Both the position numbers and the translations under genes were made by a program. From positions 194,990,001 through 195,054,000 of the forward strand of contig NC_042998.1 of the NCBI RefSeq assembly GCF_006345805.1: a stretch of DNA of 64,000 bases, read 5' to 3'. This document shows positions 53,501 through 62,158 of this stretch, piece after piece; position 1 is the first letter of the stretch; every line of letters begins with the position of its first letter. The notes under the pieces were generated by a model, which saw only the letters and a program-made list of their open reading frames with translations, was not told the origin of the DNA and ran no database searches. This DNA comes from Octopus sinensis (Eukaryota).

Positions 53501-56500
53501 AATTTTCTGTCCACCTAATTCACTGTTGACCTAAAATACTGCCTACCTAATATATATTACCTAGTGAATGAGGGGATGCTGAAAAGCTCCTGGCTTTGGG
53601 TAAAAGAAAATACAGGAGGATCTGTTCATTATAATTTTAATCAATATATTGCCAGCGCCTCCTCGACTGGCTTCTGTGCCGGTGGCACATAAAAAGCACC
53701 ATCCAAACGTGGCCGATGCCAGCACCACCTTGGCAGGCTTCCGTGCTGGTGGCATGTTAAAAGCACCAACCAATCGTGGCCGATGCCAGACCCCCCCCCC
53801 ACTGGCACCTGTGCAGGTGGCACGTAAAAAGCACCCACTACACTCACAGAGTGGTTGGCGTTAGGAAGGGCATCCAGCTGTAGAAACACTGCCAGATCAG
53901 ACTGCAGCCTGGTGCTGCCCCTGGCTTCCCAGACCCCGGTCGAACCGTCCAACCCGTGCTAGCACGGAAAACAGACGTTAAACGATGATGATGATGATGA
54001 TGATGATGATGATATTCCCCTCTCAGATTCACACATTTATTGCAGTGATCTTCAGTTTTGCTAAGCCCTGCAAAAAAGAACATAAAAGGCTGGCCTCCAA
54101 CCAGAATTGGAGTGAAATTTTGTTCCCTTGAGCTGTTTCTTCAATTGTGGAAAGAGGTGGTAGTCAGGGCTAAATCAGGAGAGTAAGGTGGGCGGTCTTC
54201 CAATTCGAAGCCGAAGTGATGTATTTTCTGTAGACTTTCATGTTCGGTTCATTGTCCTAAAAAAACTGAACTCCACGGCTCAGCCTTCCATGGTGTTTCA
54301 GCTTCAAAGCTTCATATAGATTGTTCAACAGAGACATGTACTACTCTGTGTTAATGGTGTGACCCTTTGGCAGGTATTTTATGAGAATTACTCTGTCTTT
54401 GTCCCAGAACACTGAAACCAGAATCTTTCCTGCAGACTTCTGGGTCTGAAACTTCTTGGGGTATGGCGAACCATACCACTCCAGTGATTGCTATTTAGTC
54501 TGGGAATCATAATGGTGAAGCCAAGTTTCGTCCATGGTGTCTAAATGCACCATAAAATCTACCTTCCCCACTGCAAGCTGGTCCCAAATCACCTTTGATG
54601 TCATCACTCTGATGCACTTCTGATCTGCATTTAGGCATTTCAGCACCCATTTTGTGGAAAGCTTTCTCATGGCCAGAATGTTGTGGATGATGTGGCCAAC
54701 TCTTTCGTGGAAAATCTTCAGAGACTCAGCTATGACTTTAGCTGAAATCTGGTGGTCCTCAAGAATCATGACGTGCACAGTGTCAGCTTTGTCCTTTGTG
54801 GTCACAGAAGTAGGCTGTCCCGACCGGGGTTCATCTGTGACCTGAAAATGACCAGTCCAAAACCTTGACACCTAGATTTCAACTGTGGTGTAAGATACGC
54901 AGCCATTCTTCAAAGCTTCCTTTGTCTTGCCGTGGATTTCTGCTGCTCCTTTTCATTGCAAAAAGAGGAACTTCATGATTGCCCATGCTTCAATTTTATC
55001 AAAATCCCCATCAGAAGATGCCATCATGCCTTAAGTTTGCAACAAAAAAGAAAAAAGAAAGATATATTGAATACTATCATGATTTTTTGCAAATCTTCTC
55101 TTAAATAGTTGTCCTACCACCCCTGTAAAGGTAAGAGCTCTACCCTTTTATGATACCCTTAAAGCCAGGAACTTTTCAGCATCCCTTGATATTCTTCTTT
55201 TTTTTCTTCTTTTTAAAAATTACATTAGGGTTGCCTATGCTATTTCTGAATATACGTGTGGGGGTGGGGGGGGGGACTGCGGCCATGCTGGAGCACCACC
55301 TTTAGTCGAGCAAATCGACCCCGGGACTTATTCTTTGTAAGCCCAGTACTTATTCTATCAGTCTCTTTTGCTGAACCGCTAAGTAACGGGGACATAAACA
55401 CACCAGCATCGGTTGTCAAGCGATGCTAGGGGGACAAACACAGACACACAAACACACACACACGCATATATATATATACATATATACGACGGGCTTCTTT
55501 CAGTTTCCGTCTATCAAATCCACTCACAAGGCTTTGGTCGGCCCGAGGCTATAGTAGAAGACACTTGCCCAAGGTGCCACGCAGTGGGACAACCCGGAAT
55601 CATGTGGTTGGTAAACAAGCTACTTACCACACAGCCACTCCTGTGCCTATATATGTACATACATATATATATACATACATATGTGCACGAATCCCCCCAC
55701 CCACCCCACACGTATATGCTTTCAAATTTCAGAAATAGCATAGGCGACCCTAATATAATTTTTATTCTGCTGTATACCTTGTGTTTCCCCAACAAATTGT
55801 TTTGACTGTTTCAGATAATTGCACGAGAAATCAACACGCGAGAAATGAACTCAGGAAGTACATCCGTCACTATTTTTGTGGATGATGTCAACGACAATGC
55901 CCCAAGGGTGAACAGGTCACCTTTGATTGAGAACATCCCAGAAAATGCTGCACCTGGGCGGCAAATAATCGACATAGATGTAAGAATAGTGTTGCTGTTA
56001 TTGTTGGAAAATTGAAGTTTACATTTTTAGTTCTACTGTTGTTGTTGTCAATCGTAATTGTTATCATTGTCGTCATTGTTGTCAAGTGAATTTTTGGCCA
56101 GTTCCTTTTGATGAGAAGATCAGCAACAAAGATTGTTGGCATTCTTTTTGTCTCGGGAGACCAATGGAGTTGCGCATAAAATAATCTAGTCCGGCTTTTA
56201 CATTTCATGTCCTAATACATCTCCTGCTGTGGCTGTGTAGTCCTATCCTGGACAAACACTCCCTCTGGCAGGTGCCACAAATATAGCTAAGACTTTGCTG
56301 ATTGTAATGTCATAGTTTCTTGTTGATGTCTTTTCTTGTCTTTCCATTCCTCCTCTCGCCCTCTGTCACTTCTTTGTGTTCCCTCTTTTACGGTACGTCG
56401 CCAATCTCCACGGTTGCTGGCAACTGCTTCCCAGTTGCTAATATTGATGTTGCAGGCCTTCATGTCCCTTTTGCAAACATCTTTGTATCGTAAGAACGGT

Positions 56501-58462
56501 CTTCTCACAGACCTAGTGCCCCTAGCAAGCGCTCCATAGAGTATGTCCTTGGGGATTCTGCCATCTTCCATACAGCTAACATGTCCAAGCCATCTCATAT
56601 GTCAAAGACAGTTAATTGAATATCTATGTTCCTTACACCAACGTCGCCTTACTGGCAGTTGTGCCCCGTACTAGTAGGGTGCTAGGAGCACCATCCGAGC
56701 ATGATCGTTGCCAGAGCAGCTAACTGGCTTCCGTGCTGGTGGCACGTAAAAGGGCACCATTCAAGCGGGATCGTTACCAGTGTCGCCTTACTGGCACTTG
56801 TGCCAGTGGCATGTGTAAAAGGATTCGAGCGAGATCATTGCCAGTACCGCCTGACTGGCCCCCCGTGCCGGTGGCATGTAAAAGCACCCACTACACTCTC
56901 GGAGTGGTTGGCGTTAGGAAGGGCATCCAGCTGTAGAAACTCTGCCAGATCAAGATTGGGGCCAGATCAAGATTGGGGCCAGATCAAGATTGGGGCCAGA
57001 TCAAGATTGGAGCCAGATCAAGATTGGGGCCAGATCAAGATTGGGGCCAGATCAAGATTGGGGCCAGATCAAGATTGGGGCCAGATCAAGATTGGGGCCA
57101 GATCAAGATTGGGGCCAGATCAAGATTGGGGCCAGATCAAGATTGGGGCCAGATCAAGATTGAGTTATTCCAATGCAAGATGTCATCTGGTCTGGCAGAC
57201 GGACGTAAGGACAAGTCCACCTTCTGCATAAGAGCACATCCACTGGCTTTTTTATTGCTGATGATAATGTTGCTGCTACTTATGTTGCATTTGTGATTGT
57301 TGTTGTTGTTGTTGTTATAATTGTAGTTGCTGTTGCTGTTGTTGTTGTCGATGTTGTCGATGATGTTGATGGTGATGATGATGCTGGTGAAATCCTCCTC
57401 TTCCTCCTCCCTCCTCCTCCTTCTCCCGCACCACCACCACCACCACCACCACCACCACCATCGCCACCGCCACCACCACTACCATCACCACCACCACCAC
57501 CACCACCACCACCACTGCAACCGCCACCACCACCACCACCACCGCCACCACCACTACCACCACCACCACCGCCACCGCCACTATCACCACCACCGCCACC
57601 GCCACCACCACCATCGCCACCACCACCATCGCCACCGCCACCGCCACCACCTCTACCATCACCATCACCATTATTATTTCTTTTTAAGGCTGTTGATGAT
57701 GATTCGGGGAATTTTGGTACAAATGGCATCCGTTACGTTTCTTTAAAAGGAATAGGCCAGCAACTGTGAGTACATTACATTTTTCTATTGCATTGTATAT
57801 GTTATATGTGTATTTGTGTGTGTATATCTCTCTCTATATAAACGGCAGTTTGTCTGTGCGTTTTCTGTGTGTCTGTTTTCTCGTACCCTCACTCTGACCA
57901 CGGCTTTCAACCGATTCTGATGAAACTTGACACACACATAGCCCAATGTCATAATTCAAAACTAACGCAGCGAAAATTTTGAAAAGTTCCCCCAGTTCTG
58001 AAAAAAATCGATAAATTCGACATGGGGTCGAGAATCAGAAACCCAAACCACAGATGGTCTAGGGGACGCAACTCCACCTTTTTTAACTCTAAAAAAAAAT
58101 TTACCATCATTTTTTTTCCATTTTTTTGCTATTTTTTGGCTATAACTCTCTAAAAATGCTTTATAGTTATTTCCCTTACAAACCTGAGCAACGCCGGGCG
58201 ATACTGCTAGTATATATATATATCTCCCTCTCTCTCTTTCGGAGAGGCACTGAGCAGCTATACGCACACATACACACACGGCAGTAACTTCCGCCTACCG
58301 AATTCAATCACAAAGCTTCGGTCGGCTCGGGGCTATAGCAGAAGACACCTACCCAAAGTGCCACGCAGTGGGACTGAACCGAAACCATGTAGCTAGAAAG
58401 CAAGCTCCCTAATTACACAGCCATGCCCGCGCCTATATATATATACATCTCTATCTATCTAT

Positions 58463-58499
<37 letters not shown>

Positions 58500-58558
58500 C
58501 ACACACACTTATATATATATATATATCTATCTATGTAATTGTGTGTATGTGTGTGTGT

Positions 58559-58592
<34 letters not shown>

Positions 58593-61500
58593 GAGGCGCA
58601 ATGGCCCAGTGGTTAGAGCAGCGGAGTCGCGGTCGTAGGATCGCGGTTTCGATTCCCAGACCGGGCGTTGTGAGTGTTTATTGAGCGAAAACACCTAAAG
58701 CTCCACGAGGCTCCGGCAGGGGATGGTGGTGATCCCTGCTGTACTCTTTCACCACAACTTTCTCTCACTCTTACTTCCTGTTTCTGCTGTACCTGTATTT
58801 CAAAGGGCCGGCCTTGTCACTCTCTGTGTCACGCTGAATATCCCCGAGAACTACATTAAGGGTACACGTGTCTGTGGAGTGCTCAGCCACTTACACGTTA
58901 ATTTCACGAGCAGGCTGTTCCATTGATCGGATCAACCGGAAACCTCGTCGTCATAACCGACGGAGTGCTTCCACATATATATATATATAAGGTTAATCCA
59001 AACGGGAAAACAGAAAAAACAACAACATGTGGTACAATTAAAGTATTATTATTAGGCGCTCAGGAAAAATGGAAGAAGGAGGGTATATGTGAAAATCAAA
59101 TCAAATCAAATCAAAATAGATGAACATCAATGGAATTTGTATCTTTGTGGTACCAGTGCCGGTGGCACACAAGAAAACCATCCGAACGTGGCCGTAGCCA
59201 GTACCGCATCGACTGGCCTCCGTGTTGTGGGCACGTAACAAACACCATCCGATCGTGGCCGTTCGCCAGCCTCATCTGGCACCTGTGTCGGTGGCACATA
59301 AAAACACCATCCGAGCGTGGCCGTCTGCCAGCCTCGTCTGGCACCTGTGTCGGTGGCACATAAAAAACACCATCCAAGCGTGGCAGTTCGCCAGCCTCGT
59401 CTGGCACCTGTGTCGGTGGCACATAAAATCACCCACTACACTCTCGGAGTGGTTGGCGTTAGGAAGGGCATCCAGCTGTAGAAACACTGCCAGATCTGAC
59501 TGGCCTGGTGCAGCCTTCGGGCTCCCCAGACCCCAGTTGAACCGTCCAACCCATGCTAGCATGGAAAACGGACGCTAAATGATGATGATGATGATGATGA
59601 TGATATACATGTATATAAAATGAAAATACAGATTGTATACAAGACATCATCAATGAGTGAAAAATATGTAAACACAACGAGAAACAAGTACAGGACAAAA
59701 TACCAAACTCTGATAACTCCTCATCAGTTGCCACACTGGGTATTACTCCTATTTCATGCTTTTAACAGCAATATAGGAAAACTTCATAAGACAGCAGCCC
59801 CCAGAAATTGAAAAAATATAAAATTCATGGAGAGTTAGAGCTTCAAACGAACAAACAATGATAGAGTGGACGTACAGAGTAAGCAATTGACGAAAACAAG
59901 CATTAAGGGCTGTTAGGCCAGGACGAATTGTAATGGGTAACGCCTGGGAAAAATTTTTTCAAGGAAGTAGAATAATTAGAAGAGAAGAAAATAGTAGAAG
60001 AAAAATGTTGGGAGCCGAGAAAAATGACGTCCAACCAAGCGGGCGTCTAGTGCAGAAAAGATAAGGGTAAGAGAAATGGTCAGTAGTTCCATGTGAGTAA
60101 CAGAGGCAGCGGGGAAAGGGGACAAGAGAGAGGATGAGGGAAAGAAACAAAAGGAGTGAGGAGAAGGGAGAAGGAATGACAGATAGTAGAGAGTGGAAGA
60201 AAGACAGATAGGGGAGGCAAAGAAAGTTATAGTGGGATAGAGAGAAAGAAGGAAAACAGTGTGTAGTTGTATATATATATATAAACACACATACATACAT
60301 ATCTAATACATATCATCATCATAATCATCATCTAATGTCCAGGTTTCATGCTGGCATTGGTTGGGCAGTTTCACAAGATGTGACGGGTCCAAAAACAAGA
60401 CTACATAATGCTCGAGTGTGTGCCAAGGCATGGTTTCTATAGCTGGATGCCCTTCCTAATACCAGCCACTTTATTGCATGTATTGGGTGCTTTTTTTCAT
60501 GGCACCAGCACTAGTGAGGTCACCATGCAGGCTGCAAGACTAGGGTTCCCTTTGATTCAGTGGAGCTATAGTAGAGAGGGAGGTGGCTCGATGTTATGGG
60601 CTGAGGGATTAGAGTGTGAGAGAAGAGGCCGGAACAGAACAGGTTGCTTGCTGTGGAGGAGCTACATGACAATTCACATTATAGAAGAGAGGGTGTGAGT
60701 GGTCAGTGTGGAACTAGTAAGAGATAAACAGCGATGATGAGGTGTCAGGGTGTACCTTCAAGATATGAAGTGAGTAGAAATGAGTGGGAACATAAGAGCA
60801 GGAGGTGTAGGTGGGTAGAGGTCACAAGAGTGTATGGGAGAGGGAGAAATGCTTAAAGATAGGTTAAAGATATTTGTGTTTTTGTTTGTCCCCTCCACTG
60901 TTGCCCACCCCTCCCCACTGTTGCTGGTGTGTTTATGTCACCATAACTTAGCGATTCGGCAAAAGAGACTGATAGAATAAGTACTAGGTTTATAAAGAAT
61001 AAGTTCTGGGATCGATTTCTTTGACTAAAGCCCTTTAAGGCGGTGCTCCAGCATGGCCGCAGCCAAATGGCTGAGGCAAGTGAAAGAATAAAGGAAAGAT
61101 AACATTGTATAACCTTTAACATATACAAAATATTTTTATTGTTGTTTATCTTTCTTTTGAATTCTCTTTCTATATATATGGGCACAGGTGTGGCTGTGTG
61201 GTAAGTAGCTTGTTTACCAACCACATGGTTCCGGGTTCAGTCCCACCTTGGGCAAGTGTCTTCTACTATAGCCTTGGGCCGACCAAAGCCTTGTGAGTGG
61301 ATTTGGTCGACGGAAACTGAAAGAAGCCCGTCGTATATATATGTATATATATATATGCGTGTGTGTGTTTGTGTGTCTGTGTTTGTCCCCCTAGCATTGC
61401 TTGACAACCGATGCTGGTGTGTTTATATCCCCGTCACTTAGCGGTTCGGCAAAAGAGACCGATAGAATAAGTACTGGGCTTACAAAAGAATAAGTTCCGG

Positions 61501-62082
61501 GGTCGAGTTGCTCGATTACAGGCGGTGCTCCAGCATGACCGCAGTCAAATGACTGAAACAGGTAAAAGAGTAAAGAGTATATGTGTGTATGTGTGTGTGC
61601 ATGTATATATATATGATTATATGTGGCGGGGGGGTGTGCTGAAAAGTCCCTCGCTTTAAGGGTACCAGGAAAGCCTTGGGTATCGTGAAATATCTTACTC
61701 CAATTTGGAAGTGATTGCTGCTATAGAGGCCTGGCAGGGGGCCCAACCTTCTGAGTTCTCTTTATAGGGCTTAGATAAAACTGAAAGACTACTGCAATAA
61801 GTGTGTGAATCTGAGAGGGGAATATGTTGAATATAATCATGATTAACTGATACTCCTGTATCTTTTTTACCCAAAGCCGGGTACTTTTCTACACCCCAGT
61901 ACCGCTGGCGATTTTTTTTCCTCTGTCTTCCCTTCTCAGGATCTTTCCTTCTCCTATGTTTCCGACGAAGAGCTCTGCTCGAAACGTTAAACCCTCCTTC
62001 TTCCCTTCTTTCCTGATTGTCCAATAATACTTTATTTGTTCCACGTCCTTGCATTGTTGTGTTTTCTTGTTTGGATTAACTT

Positions 62083-62158
<76 letters not shown>

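Noticed and set aside
57280-57769. Poly-Pro/His/Gly/Val ORFs, one in frame with e13
   Set aside because: Trinucleotide tract. The only nearby upstream AG noticed (about 57324) is out of phase with e12, so no extended exon is supported.
57915-57930. CTGATGAAAC in the Helitron interior (also CTGATGA at 43966 in the CR1 FADD codons)
   Set aside because: Chance matches without hammerhead stems.
59695-59740. Minus-strand CTGATGA-GGAG in a Penelope-tail-like repeat
   Set aside because: No GAAA half follows, so not a complete hammerhead.
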